This document shows, piece by piece, positions 38,228 through 52,871 of a stretch of DNA of 64,000 nucleotides. Positions within the stretch are counted from its first letter, which is position 1; each line of letters opens with the position of its first letter. Position numbers and translations under genes: made by a program. The stretch spans positions 1 to 64,000 of the forward strand of contig ADNK01000108.1 of the NCBI GenBank assembly GCA_000320545.1, written 5' to 3'. Source of the DNA: Bigelowiella natans CCMP2755 (lineage: Eukaryota > Protista > Cercozoa). The notes beneath the pieces were generated by a model. It saw only the letters and a program-made list of their open reading frames with translations, ran no database searches and was not told the origin of the DNA.

Positions 38228-38999
38228 AAGGAGAGGGACATAGAGGGAAAGTATTCCCATACCTGTTCCTCCTCCTCCTCCTCCTCCTTATCCTCCTTAT
38301 CCTTATTAGGACGAGTCCAAGATAAAGCCAGGAGATCTCCCCAAAGACATGTTTCCAGTGTTCCGTATCACATCGAGCGCCAAAGCACAGGAAATAGACC
38401 ATTGGATTGATACGTCCATGCTTACGCTCCCCAAACGCCAATGGAGCGACGCGCTGGCTTCGGATAAAAGGTACGATTATGGTGATGGGAGGGGGGGGTC
38501 ATCCACATCTAGACGCTCATTGAGGCATAAAGAGGGAGGGGTTGTTGATACGCACGCACCCACAAGCGCATGCAAGTTTCGGCGCACAGAATACAATACA
38601 TCTAAGAAAAATTGTATTGATGCTTTCCATGACATTCGTGTCGGCTGCGCTCCTCTAGGTTCAAGGAGGACGAGGAGTTTCAGATGATGGTGCTGGAGCG
38701 CCTCAATGAGCGGATCCAGGCCTTCGAGGAGGGGCCGCAGCAGCGGTATGGAGGAGGGGGGGGAGGAGGAGCGGAGGATGAGGAGGAACGAGACGAGGAG
38801 ATAGCTAGGAAAGCAACATGGCGGCAGCGTGACGGGGCAAGAGGGCAGCCTGCTCTATACAAAGCACTGGTAGTACGGTTTTATTGTATTTCGTAGCGTC
38901 ATCTCTGTCTCGTCGCGTCTTCGCCTTCATCATCATCTTCGGCTTGAAATTCTATGTACCGCCATCACCGCTCATATCCATATCGGCATTACCGTCGTT

Positions 39000-39033
<34 letters not shown>

Positions 39034-40176
39034 CGATGATCGTCGCACCGTTTCTCCATCTTTTCTAGTAGTGTAGTATTCGTCGCGTCTCTCTCCTGGT
39101 GGACGCGTTGTGCCTGATGAGTAGAATAGGAGTCGTCGTAGATGTATAGTTTGACCCCATTTGCTGTAAAAACACGTGTGTATCATCGCCATCCATGGAT
39201 ATCGTCGCACGGGTTAGGTCGGGCTTCGACAGAAAGTGCGAATGAACCAGTTTGTTCTGACTCGTCCACACGTTGTAAATGACATCGAGGCTATTCGGTA
39301 TTACTATCACTACTAACATCACCACTTCTACTATCACTACTGCTACTACTGCTACTACTACTACTACTACTACTACTACTATCAGTGCCTACCACAGGCA
39401 GCAAGCCTCTTCCAAAAATAAAAAGTAGAAGATTTCTGCTTATAGCTGGCTAACCACCAGCTTCTGTTGTTGTTGCTGCACTCGCTCCTCCTTTCTCCGA
39501 AATCTAAACAGTTCCAAACACGTATCATCATTAATCGTCCCTGTTTTGCCATCTTCTTGCCACCTAGGAAATTCGTCCTGGAGGAGGGCACGATGATGCA
39601 GCATGAGAGGAGCACAACAAAGGCGATCCAGGAGCTCAGAAGGCCCACGCTATCTGATTTGGCCTCGAGAATATTGGTAAGATTGCGAGGGGGCTCGGTC
39701 GGGGGGAGGGGGGGGCTATCAAGGAAAAAATACAAGAAAATTCTTCACTATACTCCTCTGCTGCTACTGCGTTTGTACGTGGCACATTACGCCTTTACCA
39801 CTCTTCCACCCTCCTCAACCTCCTGCGCCTCCTCTGCCCTTACTTCTAATACTACTACTACTACTATTACTACTTCTACTTCCACTATTACTATCACCGA
39901 AGGAAAAGCAAATCCCTATCAACGTAAGGCGACTTCAGGAGCTATGCGAGGTAGTTAGTTGTGATTGTCCCTGCGATTGAATACACACACCGCCGCAACA
40001 GTGCGCATGGCATGACCTCCTCCTCCTCCTCCTCCCCACCCCTCACCCATTAACAACAACAGAGTGTGGGAGTGGAAGTCGACGGAGAAGAACGTCGCGT
40101 GTTTGTGGAGGATTTCGTCACTGCAATCAAGGGCAGAACTCTCGGAATGCACACGCTGGCAGCTGCAGAAGGTGGA

Positions 40177-40207
<31 letters not shown>

Positions 40208-40921
40208 GAGGTGTTGGAAAAGATGGGAAAGAAGGTCCGCAACAGGCAAAGTCAACTGTAGTGAACGAGTTTCTCGAGTCCCTCGACAGCCTCATCTGCA
40301 TCACCGCCTTGTGAGTAGTAGTTTCCAGCCCCCCCCCACCGTTTGCTGCCTAGTGCATCGAATTTCCCGGCGAAGCCGTATGTTTACTCTCTTCCCTTAC
40401 TGCTGCTGCAATCGATGCATCGTATTGATCATCACGTAGGATTATTGATGTTATTGATGTTATTTATGTATGAATGTGTGTGGTGTTCTCAGAGAGCTCC
40501 ATAAGGCGCTCAACGAAGCTGGAGTTCCAATACCAGTCGAAGAAGTGGTGAGAATCACAATACGATTGCTGATGATGATGCAGCAGCAGCAGTTTATAAC
40601 TAGTTAGTGGGGGTAGTGGTAGTAGTACTTGTGGAATATCCTCTCAGCATCATCCCCCCCCCCCCCCCCTCCCTTCTCCTATATGTCACAGCGCTTACAA
40701 AACTGCCGTTTCTCCATCTTGAGATGAACAAGGACGGGGGGGTGAGTTCGTCCCTTAATGTTCTTATAGGAGCAGCAGTACGCCGATGAGGAGCGTGTGG
40801 CCTCTCTGTCAAACCTGAAGACACAGCTCCGCGCGCTTGTGACGACGTTTTCGAGTCTCATCGAGGACCAAATCGAGCTGGGATTGGCGCAGGTCGACTA
40901 TACGCTCACGCACACAACTAA

Positions 40922-40962
<41 letters not shown>

Positions 40963-41375
40963 TGTGTGTGGGGGGGAGGGGGGCAATGGATGGAGGCCAA
41001 CAATGGCCTTGGTGCCTCCATAGTCGTTCAGCAGTCAAAATATGTGCACGACGCTCTCCTTGTGTACTCACTCTCATGAAACCGCTTTGCTATTCTTGCG
41101 GAGTTTCTGACGGAGCAATTTTAACAATGATGATAATAATAACAATAATAATAATAATACACACGTTTTTGTTTCTACACACTGCTGCTGCCGCTTCTTG
41201 TAACATCATAGGATGCGCTGCAAGAGCTGCTGGATGCGGACAGCTTCCAACAAGCAGTTGAGCACATAGACCATATGGCAGGCAACGGAACTATATCGCC
41301 TACTCTCGTCATGCTTCTTGGACGTGCCCGCGCGGTTGATTATTGTGATACTCGTCGTTTGTATTTCTGCTTTCT

Positions 41376-41420
<45 letters not shown>

Positions 41421-42589
41421 AACTCGTTCAGCTCTTTGCCTCCCTCTTGCTCCAAACATTTCCGCTCATTTTTACTACAGTTTATATCATCACCACTGTC
41501 CTCACGATTATGATCATCATCATCATCGTCATCATCCTAGTCGTCGTTGTCATCGATCATTGTTTTCATCATTTCTTCTTCTCCTCTATCTCTCCCTCCT
41601 CCATCTCCTCCTCCTTCCAGGTAGTCGAGGAGCAGAATAACCCACAATTGCAGAAGCTGACGCAGTACCTTCATCTTGCGGCTAAGACTGCCCTAGACAC
41701 ACTGATGCCATCACCCGTGCACGTATTGCGCCAACTCATCGATATAGATGACCCCGAGTCTCGCCGCCTGCAGCTTGATGACCTCATGCGCCAAAAACAA
41801 GTTGAGTAGTGAGCAGTTGTAAGAGGCCATTTTAGGGTGGGAAGGAGGAGGAGGAGGAGGAGGAGGAAGAGGAGGAGGAAGCTCTTGAGTGGGCCTGATG
41901 ATGATGGTGATGGGTGATGGTGGTGGTAGTGGTGGTGGTGATTATGGATGCATGATAGATATGATAGATTTCAGAATTATTTCATCAACGATGTCTACGG
42001 TTGGTCGGCCGACACTAGTCTGCCCCTCTCCTATCACGCCGTGTGTGCAGAGGAACTAGCAGTGTATATCAGGGGTGACCCAGCCTTCCTTTGTACATAT
42101 GCGCATGGCAGCGAGGAGAAGAGTAAGTTATCTAATCTTGTCCCCCTGCCCCCTCCCCCCCACAAATAGGTGGACACGAAGAAGCTGCTGGATCTCTGCG
42201 GACGGCTCCTTGAAGAGTATGAAGCAGGGCGTGGGGCTCCCGAATCCGTACCGCGCGTCGTCCACCAGCTCCAAACGTTGCAGCGTGAGATCTACCAGTA
42301 CTGCCTGCGTAACACTAAAGAATCTGATATGGACCTGCAGCCTGAGACGCTGCGGATGATACCGGAGAGACCGGCGATGACCGAGCAGGAACGACGCCCG
42401 CAAATGGACGCTATCAAGGCACTCATCCCGGAACGGGGCGCCGATGATGATGAGGACGCTATCAGGCGGAGAGTGGTCTCCGACGAGGTGCGGCGTCGTA
42501 TTGATGCAATCGATGCAGCCGGTGGTGGGGACGACGGCTCAGACGATCTGACATTTCGGGAGAATTCGACCCCGCGGCGGAAGAGTTGA
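36178..42589 (+). CDS. Plastid protein similar to Arabidopsis At4g37920 family; multi-exon
   Basis: LYDKLITTF...WNRLVSTSKHW...LRKL; ELLDADSFQQAVEHIDHMAGNGTISPTLVMLL; YLHLAAKTALDTLMPSPVHVLRQLIDIDDPESR; PRVVHQLQTLQREI match the recalled family pattern; hydrophobic N-terminal leader. Confidence 0.65.
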
Positions 42590-43295
42590 TAGAATAGCAT
42601 CGGACACAATGCGGCGAGCAAAGACTGAAAGGGAAGGGCGCTGAAAAGCTCATGCTCGATGCATCGATGAATACTCGTTTCTGCATATGTTTTGGCAAGC
42701 TAGCAAGCACACATATATTGTCGGAACACAATCAAAACACAGCACTATACGTGGCAACGGTTTGCATTCCTAGAACGCACAGCTTGGCTAATCTAGCAAT
42801 TCGCAGCCGCCGCCATCACAATAGCTAATGCGCACGTGCAAGATATCATCACATTGTAACTTTGCATGATATAGTGCACGAGCTAGCGAGGGCAGATTCC
42901 TAGAGCTGTATTTTTTATGCATGCTTTGTCATATAGCGGCGTACTAAGCTAGCTAAGGTCATGCGGCGTCAATAAATTGAGTAAATTTCGCTGACAATCC
43001 ATGTGCAATTGTGCCGCTGCAACATGTCAATGCCTGTCGTTGGGCATGGCCGGTTATTCCATGGAAATTTCTACAGTTTAAAAAATTCTCGACATGAGTG
43101 GCAGTTGCATCGTTGCATTTTTGGTTCTTTGCCTTTATTCATCAAGCTCAGTACGTAATCGACACAATGACCATCACGTCGCGCAACTGAGGAATGATCC
43201 GCCCAGTCTTGTAACAAAAGATGCCGTGGCTGTAAACTTGTGCAGCAGTAATTAAATACTTTGGCAACCACGCACGTCAGCAACATTGAAGCACA

Positions 43296-43769
43296 TCATA
43301 GCGATGGCAGTTGCGCTGAGTCGGTTAGCAGATTAACAATAAAGCACGCCGCCTGATCGCTGGGGTTCGCGCCTTTCGTCGCAGTAGTACCTGAATAAGC
43401 CCTTTTTTGACCGTCCCCACCTACACCACTGTCTTCGTGGCCAGCATCAGAAGGAGAGAGGAAGGCCCATTCGACGACACGCTCTACGAAATCTGCGAGA
43501 AGGATCTCGAGGATGCCATGAGAATCACCCCCAATTTTTGAGAAGAGGCTGTCAAGCCTTGCTACAGTGGATCTTAGCACCGAATCTTTGTCGCGGCCAC
43601 TTTCTTCCGAGAGCGCACGCGCGACGTCAAGGCGGATCGAGCGGTCCGCTAAGTCTAATCCGGAAGCAGCAAGAGCCACACCTGAGGAGTACACAGGCAA
43701 AGTAGGGGAAAACCGACAGGGGCATAAACAAGAGCCTTGAGAGATTCACCACGGTGGTAAAAAGACACC

Positions 43770-43806
<37 letters not shown>

Positions 43807-44124
43807 GCACAGTAGTAGGAAGGTGTAGTGGAAGTTGCGGCTGCTGCTGCCGCCGTGCTCAACGTGGTAGTTTGTTTGTTCTATTATAAGCTCGCACGCC
43901 GTCTTCGTCGTAAGTGTCATTGCTATTCGCTGTGCGACTCCTACCACAGTCAAGGCCCGCACTCTTCCAGCTCTCTACAAAACTAACTGGATATCGGATG
44001 CTGATGAAGTCGGCGAGGAATGAGGCAGCAGCAGCGGTGTCTGAGGAGAACTGCTCGCGGAGAAGGGCAACAATCAGGGTTAAGCCTGTAGGTATAAAGG
44101 TTAGAATTAGCACGTAGGGACTTC

Positions 44125-44173
<49 letters not shown>

Positions 44174-45833
44174 TATCGTTTCCTGCTTACACCTCTCCTC
44201 TCCCTGCCACATGCATACTCTTTATACCGTGAATGAGTCTTGCTCGGGTAGAGAGGGTTGTGTCCACTTTTGCGAAGTAGGCCGTTGAGAATGAGGCCTT
44301 TCGGAGAACGTACCTGAAGACCACCAAGAAGAAAGTGCTTTAGCGATGATTTTCTTAGATTCACCACTGAATTAGAATAAGGAAAGAATATTATGGAAGG
44401 GCGAAGGGGCTCTAAAGTATCTTCATTGTCACCACGATATCATCACATCATCATCGTCATCATCATCATCATCATCGTCATCATCATTTCTCGACTTTCC
44501 ATAAAAGATCTCTTCCTTTGATGGCGAGACGACAGTCACGGAGAACGCTCCCTTCGATGCGGAGTTGCGTTGGTATTGCTCTGGTTCATTATGTTTGGTC
44601 TTCCCGACTCCTCTTTCTCCTCCTCCTCCTCCTCCATTCCCCCCCGCTGCTTGTGAAATCGAGGAGGGCCCCTTAGCTGTTTGAATGAGGTGAAACCAAT
44701 AGGGAGGGATATACAGCACGTCGCCTGGACGCAGCGAGAAAGATAGTGCCGCTGGATCTACGAATCACAGTAGAATCGAGAATACCGTCAGCCACGCATT
44801 GCGCTCGAGTTGTCAGGGGTGGGGTGGGAGGAAGTGTTGGCGCAGGATTGACAACGACAGAAACAGAAACGTAGTACGTCTTGGCCGATGTTTCGCGGAC
44901 TTGTGCATCTGTCGATGAGCTGAGTGGATGGACGGATAAAGAGGAATACCTAGATGCGAGAGGGGGGGGAGGGAAGAGTTATAATGGGCAATATCACTCA
45001 AAAATAAAATGCGTCCTAGCCCCATCGAAAACAAACTTACGCTCTTCTCGACTCTGCAACTGAAATTCTACGCATCATTCGGGCTTTTGACATTATTACA
45101 TATTTGCCAGGATCTAGCGATAATCTACGATACGATAGACATGCCGCACAAACGCAATATACTGCAGCATATTCTCGCTTTGTTATGAAGATAGTCATTT
45201 TGTTGTAATGAAAAGGGGCAAAGGCTGCGCTGCGTGTTGTCGTTTCAACCATTGCAAACAACACAAATCAATGAGGAAACGTATGTGCGGTGACGTACTT
45301 CGCCAGGCCCGAGGGGGGTACCTACTCAGTGCAACAATGAAAGAAGGAGGTTTTCGAGGGGGTGGGGATAATTGGTAAATAATGTTAAGTCACGACAAAA
45401 ACGACGACATCGAGCGACAACAATCCCTAGCATAAAAAAGAAGAAAGTTTGGCCATATATATCGAGGCCATGGGTGAGGAAGTACTCCTCACTCTGTCTT
45501 ATTATTTTCAGATGTAATCGGGCAAGACGAGAGGAAGGGCGGGGGACTGACAGAGTAATATCTTTCCTTCCCGACAAGAGAGTATGGAAGTTGTGCGAAG
45601 GATCATAGTGAAGCTGTGCCGTCACTGAATCTCCGCTAGCCCAGCTGCTCGATGGTTTATCATCATCATCATCATCATCAACAACAACAACATCATCATC
45701 ATCAACAACATCAACAACAACAACAAGGACAACGACGACGACGACGAGGAGGAGGAGGATGCGATAAGACAGACCAGAGAAAGGTCACTTCAATCTATAC
45801 CATTGCTTTTAATATCACCCTACAGCACCGACA

Positions 45834-45881
<48 letters not shown>

Positions 45882-45900
45882 CATGCACTACTGCTACTAT

Positions 45901-45938
<38 letters not shown>

Positions 45939-46597
45939 TTACATCGTCGGTGTCGGTTTCATTGTCTCTACGAGGTCCCGAAATCGGCGCTCACGGACGA
46001 ACAGATCCCCATAATGCTGCACCGAAAACGGAAGGAACGACAAGAGGGAATAGGAATCAAAAGCAGAGATTAGATTTTCCTTCTCACAGTACGGAGCTTT
46101 GTCCAAACATCACAGTTTTCCTTCTCTTCTTCATGTTTCTATTCGTATTGGGAAGGAAGCAGCACCGGAACATGCGCGACAATATCCTCGCAGTAGGCCT
46201 CGGCTGGGCCGAAGAGATATCTTATCAAGCACACATCATACGTCCTTGTCAGTCGTAATAACTACAGTACCATGTGTCTTTCCTCCCCCTAACCCTCCCC
46301 CCCCGCTCTTCTCCATTGTCTGTCTTTTCTGTCTCGCTCCCTCACCGATATTCACCCGGAGGTGACTCAACCTGTGGGCGTGGATGAGGGGAGAAACAAG
46401 CAATTGTCACCGCAAAGTAAGGAATGAACATGATACGGATGTAGAAGAAAAATGGTTCATGGAGAGTGTTAGTGTTGAGATCAATGTTCTCATCAGAGTA
46501 TTCGGAGTAACCCTACGACGTATATCTATAAGTGTCTACGACTCTATTTAGGTGTCTTCGAATGTATTTAAGTGTCTACGTATCTATTTCAGTAGAT

Positions 46598-46646
<49 letters not shown>

Positions 46647-47631
46647 CGCGCGCGTGCGTGTTCGCGTGTGTGTTTTGTAGTTTTTTGCAGGTTCATACGA
46701 TGGCATCAAGCCCAACGTCGTGCAACACCTGATACAATAATGGTTACAACCAATCTCATATTTTATCATCGACTTCGTCGTTTCACATGATCACTATTAT
46801 CAGCTCATATCACCCGCACAGTATCCTTCTCTCTTTGTGACATCCAATGCCGTCGTGCCCCCCCCTGTTCTCCTCCATCTCTGTATCCGCTGGCCTTCTC
46901 ACGGCGAAACATGACGAAGGTCGAGTTGTCTTCTTGTGCATACACGTAACGTGGCATCAGAGGTTTTGTGCGTTGTGTATTTCCATAGCCATGGCTGCTG
47001 AGTGTGCCTTCATCTTGGCGATCGCCGTGATTACGGCGGCGGCGGCGGCTGTTGCTGCTGCTGGTTCTGCAGCGTTGAGAGATGTTCGTGAGGGACCAAA
47101 AGCCTTCGGGCTGAGTGCGTAGCCAAGATGATGTAACCCAGCTATTGCGAAGGATCACAGGCTATGTGTGCAGCAGCAGCAGCAGCATATCATAGAGAAG
47201 ATGAGGAAGAAGAAGGACGGTGAATAAAACCATGATTGTGTGTTGCCCAATTTTGTGAATGGCGATTGCAAACAGTCTTCTTCTCTCGCTGTAAGTGGAT
47301 TTAGTTCTCCTCTCCCTCTTTTCATTCCTCTACCTGGGCCGACTTGGCGATCTCATATATATCAAATTGGGCCTCATCATTATCACTACAATCCAAAATT
47401 GTAATTCTAGGCGGCAACTCGTCTGTTTCGCTCCCCCCCTTCTCCTCGCCCCATAATCTGAGGTACGAGGCTGCCCATGCCGAGAGCAGAAGTCCTACTA
47501 TTAACGTCCTCGCAGCTGAGGTGAATATTGGAAAATTTTGCAAAATCAATGCACTGGAAAACGATTACAATCTCGTATCGTTAAATAATGGGCTATAACG
47601 AACAGAAAGGCCGAGGGCTGTCGGCAGCCAT
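43296..47631 (-). CDS. JmjC/Cupin_8 2OG-dependent oxygenase with N-terminal hydrophobic anchor; multi-exon
   Basis: PVILRN; WASGDSVTAQLHYDPSHNFHTLLSGRKDITL (HxD); LYPSIH; LRPGDVLYIPPYWFH (distal His). Confidence 0.88.
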
Positions 47632-47976
47632 GCTCGAATCTTTTTTCTGGAAGAATCACGTACAAGATCCAGTACAAATACATCTAGGTTCATTTGTTCC
47701 TAAAAACGTCGACTTCTGAATGGATTTTCGATCTACGACAACATACCTTCCATGTCGCGATTGAGCGAAGACGGGCGACTACCCTTGCCCAGTTGACGGA
47801 AACGCATTGTTGCAGTATACACATACCGGTAATGGGAATTCCTTTTAACTAGCGAGTTAGAACGAGAATTCAGGAATTTCTTTGTCGCAGCAATGAAAAT
47901 GCTAGCGTTTCTTCGAAATTTTTTTTGGGCGCAAGAGAGATTCTGATTTGCTATCCCACATCCAAGTTCCACAGCC

Positions 47977-49034
47977 ATGGGGCAGAACCACACCTCAATG
48001 GCCAAGGCCGTTGCTGGGGAGAACGGGACGATAGAGACGTGGGAATTATCGATGCTCATCTCCATGTTGAAGTGAGTTATTAGAAATCTCAGTTTATACA
48101 CATACGAAATGCTTTACGTCGCTCGCGCGATTTGATTGTGTGGGTTGTACATGTACAAAGTCTCTACCGTTCCTCCACTGGGGCTCTTCAAGAGGAGAAG
48201 ATCAAGCGCTTGATTCTTGAGGCTGATACTAACCAGGTGCACATCTTTGCGCTTGACACAAGATACTTATCGTATCACATTCGTGTCCAAAATTGATGAC
48301 GACTGACGTTTTTGGTCAAAAGCATCCAAGCCTCGGAACTCAACACTTCAACATTCTTTTGTCGCGTCAACTGATTTATAGGATGGTAAAATATCGGTAA
48401 AAGAACTTGCAAGTTGGCTGAAAAAAACCTTCGAAGGGACAACTACGTCATGGGGGGATCGAGTCCAATTGGTTGAGAATTTTCGTGCGAGGAAGAAAGC
48501 ATTACCGGCAATATTTCACCCCGTGGCACGTGAAAGTGTTCAACTGATTAAACCAGCCAGACGACACTGCTACAGTAAGAAGCAGGTGGCGTAGAATTTT
48601 TTAAATGGTGTGAGGAGAAAAAACACGAAGAGATTCACCATCAAAAGCATTCGACGGTTACCACACACACACATACATACATGTAATATGTGTGTGTGTG
48701 TGTGTGTGTGTGTGCGTGCGTGCGTGTGTATTCTCACGTCGCTTGCTTAACATTCTCCGGTTCTCCTTGTCGTCGTCTTCCTTTTCCTCAGACTTGCAGG
48801 TTTACAAATAAAGGCGATCCAGACAGAGAACCCTGTGAGAAGTGCATTGAACGTCGATGCCAGTGGTGGGTCACAAAGGCTCAGACCCGCATCGTGGATC
48901 CGAACGAAATGCTAGTGAAAAAGGTGTGGTGGGAACAATGAAGAATTGAGGATGGGGGCAAAGTTGTGGAGAGATATTCGTATTCAAGTGAAGCCTATAC
49001 ATGGGCATAAATTTTCAATACATTCAGTATGCGC

Positions 49035-49065
<31 letters not shown>

Positions 49066-49670
49066 AAGGCGACACGGTATCCGTTCGAGTATGTGTGGCG
49101 TCAGTCACGGCCCTTCCTACATCTCAAAGTGGAGGAGGGCGTCGGATTCCAGAAGGTGGTTGCAGCCGGTCTAGACGTAGGAGTACTAGCAGTAGTAGTA
49201 GGATAAGAAGAAGAAGGAAAAGGGGAAGAAGAAAGGAAAAAGAAAGATTCACAAGTTTAATAAGAGGCGGTAATTGTTGAAGCAATGCTCTGCAACGTAA
49301 TGACGAAGTAGCGGTGTTATATAACAAACCGCGAGAATTCGCTCCGAAATAAACACTTAAAACTCACATCCCTCTCATATCCCCCTGCTCTCTGTCTCCC
49401 TTTTGTGCGTTGCGTTGCTCATTTCTCAGGGTATGAACATATTCCTGGTGGTGAAGCTCTACGGCCCCTCATCCGACTCCAAAGGTGAAGACGGGAAATC
49501 AGCAAGGGGGGAGGGGGACACAAAGACGGGATCGGTTCTCAGTCAGGTCTTAAGTGGAAGGGGAACACTCCTGCACAAGGTTGTAGCAGCAGCAGTAGCT
49601 CTTTCGCACCTTTCGCACCTTTCGCACCTCCATACAAACTTTTGATGATTTGTGTGGGATGCTTGGGTGT

Positions 49671-49703
<33 letters not shown>

Positions 49704-50900
49704 GTTTTGGCTGACGCGATATCATCTACGATGATGGCGCCGCCGACGTCGTCAGCACCGCGCTGCTACGAAAATGAATACAGAGTCTCCGATATGGGAA
49801 GCGGCAGTGTTCACAGCCTGGGGAGATAAGGTTGTTGATTGAGAAGTACAAGAAGTATGCGGTGTTTATTTTCGCCGAGAACCGTCGTATCCGTACATGT
49901 ACACCCCCCTCCCCCCCTAATAATAACGGGTTGTTAGTTCTTCTACCACAAAACTGACAACAACACAGTGGACGGATACGACAGGCTTGCCGCATTCAAT
50001 GATAACGCCCAAGCCAGTATCATATTCTCACTCGACTGGCTTGCACCATTCACCATTCGTTCTTCGGAAAATAGCCAAATTTACAATCGATGGATGATAT
50101 CCTTGAGCAACAACCCGCCTTACTATTAATTACGCAGGCCGAGGGGAAGAATCTCCATGGCTACGTGCTGGCGATTGAGGCGTGGGACTTCAGATTCGAG
50201 AAAAGGGAAAACCGGCTCGTCGGGATCTCCTACGTGGAGCTCGGGTGAGAAAGGAGTAGCCAACTTAAATCCTATAAATACTTCACCGCCTAGGATGATA
50301 ATGATGATGGTGATGATAATGATGATGGGTGAGGAGGTGATGGCGGCGCTGATACAATAATTATGAGACAACATCATTGGCTGCTACGCTGAGAAGAACT
50401 CTGCTCTACCTCCTCTTCACAGGAAAGGTTGCGCTCGCTCTGGCTACGAATCGCATTGCTGGGTAGAATGTAGCAGCACCTCCAGATAGTACTGTTGATA
50501 ACTTTCTTCCTTCGATGTTCCATCTCTTTGATGACAATAGAACAACACCCCCATTACCGCTATTGTCCTTTGCGTGACGTATCTGACCCTCAACCCTCTC
50601 TTTTCACCCCCCCCCCCCCCCTCCCGGGGCATTTATTTTGACCTCTCGTGCACCGCTATCGTTCTTTATGGAAGGTGTCGGTATCCCATCCCATCACACC
50701 GACCGACAAGCAGCGTGCACGTGCCAGGAAAATAGAGCTGATGCTCAAGGCAGACCAGATTCGTCGCCTGCTCGGATCCGATCCCGACAACTCGAAGCAT
50801 CTGAGCAAAAAGGGCCTTGCAAGACTGCAACACGCCCTTGCAGCGTCACGTCATCCACTTGAATTGGGGAAGGTGTGCTGTGTTGTTGTTGTTGTTGTTG

Positions 50901-50942
<42 letters not shown>

Positions 50943-51104
50943 GCTGCAAGTTGGTAAGGCCAGTAGCATCGAATTCTACGAGGAACTCTTGCTGCTGCAT
51001 GTATGTAATTTGATTCATTTATATCACTGACGACGTTCTATTTGTTCTTCGGCACGTCATTTTAATTTTTTGCTGCCATTGGAAACCATTTGTCGTCATC
51101 CTCG

Positions 51105-51138
<34 letters not shown>

Positions 51139-51449
51139 AAGTTTCTCCTCAACCAGGCTGATCACGATGCGGACGGGGGAATCGATGTGGGGGAGCTTTG
51201 CCTCTTCTTCTATAACAGCGGTGCGGATCCCAAGCAGCTGGATGTTCTCAAAAACTTCCTAGAGGAGGAGGGGTGTGCAGGGGGAGTAAAGGGAAGGGGG
51301 GGGGGGGGAGACGGCAAGGAAACGACGGGAGGAGCGACGACGACAATCGGAGAGAGGAAGAACAAGACGATGAAGACAAAGGCAGCATTGAAAGGTAGGT
51401 GTCAAAGGAAATGAGTTACTACATCGATATTCAAAAATGTGTAGTGCTT

Positions 51450-51488
<39 letters not shown>

Positions 51489-51621
51489 AACTCTTCTTAC
51501 GATGGAATTAGCTGCTGCTAGCATACTCCATTTTATCCCGATTTCTCTTCCCTGCCCACCCTCTCCTCGGACTGCTCACGACCTTCTTTCCTACTTAATT
51601 TCTGCTCCCCCCCCCCCCCTC

Positions 51622-51668
<47 letters not shown>

Positions 51669-51902
51669 GATACCCCCCTCCAGGCAGCGATAGAGACTTT
51701 GACACGAAAGCGCAGCAGGAGGTGCGAGAGGAAGGCTTGAAGAACGAGCCGTTGGAAAAGAGATACCCGAATCTTGACCTCAGGGAGGGAGATCCAAAGC
51801 TGCGGTTGCGCATTGAGTATCATGCTAATCAGCAGAAGTTATTGACGTGCTCGGCGTGCATGGACTCATTTGCGGAAGATGATAGAAGCATGTGCGTACT
51901 AT

Positions 51903-51934
<32 letters not shown>

Positions 51935-52835
51935 TTACTACTACAACTGCCTTTACTGCTATTATTACAATTGCTATAAATAAATGGAATAGAATGAAAG
52001 CGATATTACAATACGACTGCTGCTGCTGCTGCCCTTGTCCTTAAACACACACACAAACAAACAATAGCCTACGCACTTCCTCTCCCGTTCTCGCACTCTT
52101 CCTCCCCATAAAATACATTCTACATACAGACACATACACATGTTAATAAACACACCCGTGTGCATGCTACTTTATACTGTGCCTGGAACAACACACGGTA
52201 TATAGGAAGAGTCTCGCATGCTCAAAGGGGCACATGCTCTGTAAAGGATGCTCTCGGTCGTACATCGAGTTCTGCAGCAAGAACTACGCAACTGGAAACA
52301 TCCCGATAAAGTGCCAGATCTGCAAAGAAGTGTACGTCGTTGGAGAGCGTAGAAATGCTACTGAAAAGAAGAAGGAGGAGGAGGAGAAGAAGAAGTTTGT
52401 TTACAATGACCACAATGATAGTGACGATGGTGATGGAGATGCTGCGGTGCGGCTCATAAGTGATATTTGAAACTTGCCATATTTGCGCACATAAATGGTG
52501 CCTAGATTTCCGTTCCTAAAATTGAGTTTTCAAATGAGAGAGGTGAAAGTATAGAAAATGTCAAAACCTTCAAATAAGAAATAATTGGTTCTCCACCATT
52601 ATTGAACGTAGCTATCATCGTTGCCATCTTCATTTTATGGTAGTCTTTATCGGGTGCGTGTTTCGTATAATGGCTTCCACTTAATGCTGCTTTAGATATG
52701 AAGATCGACTCATTTGCTACCTATGCGACGACGGTAAGAAAAACAGAAGTAATGTGTTGAAATGGGAAAGTATCATGCACCAATTTAAACTGCTTTCTTA
52801 CTTCAAACACTCCATTCTCCAGCCAATTCGTAAAC

Positions 52836-52871
<36 letters not shown>

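Noticed and set aside
49600-49630. Short tandem repeats (ctttcgcac x3; also agagaatactagcat x2 near 13955-13984) as CRISPR-like arrays
   Set aside because: No spacers; ordinary slippage duplications in introns
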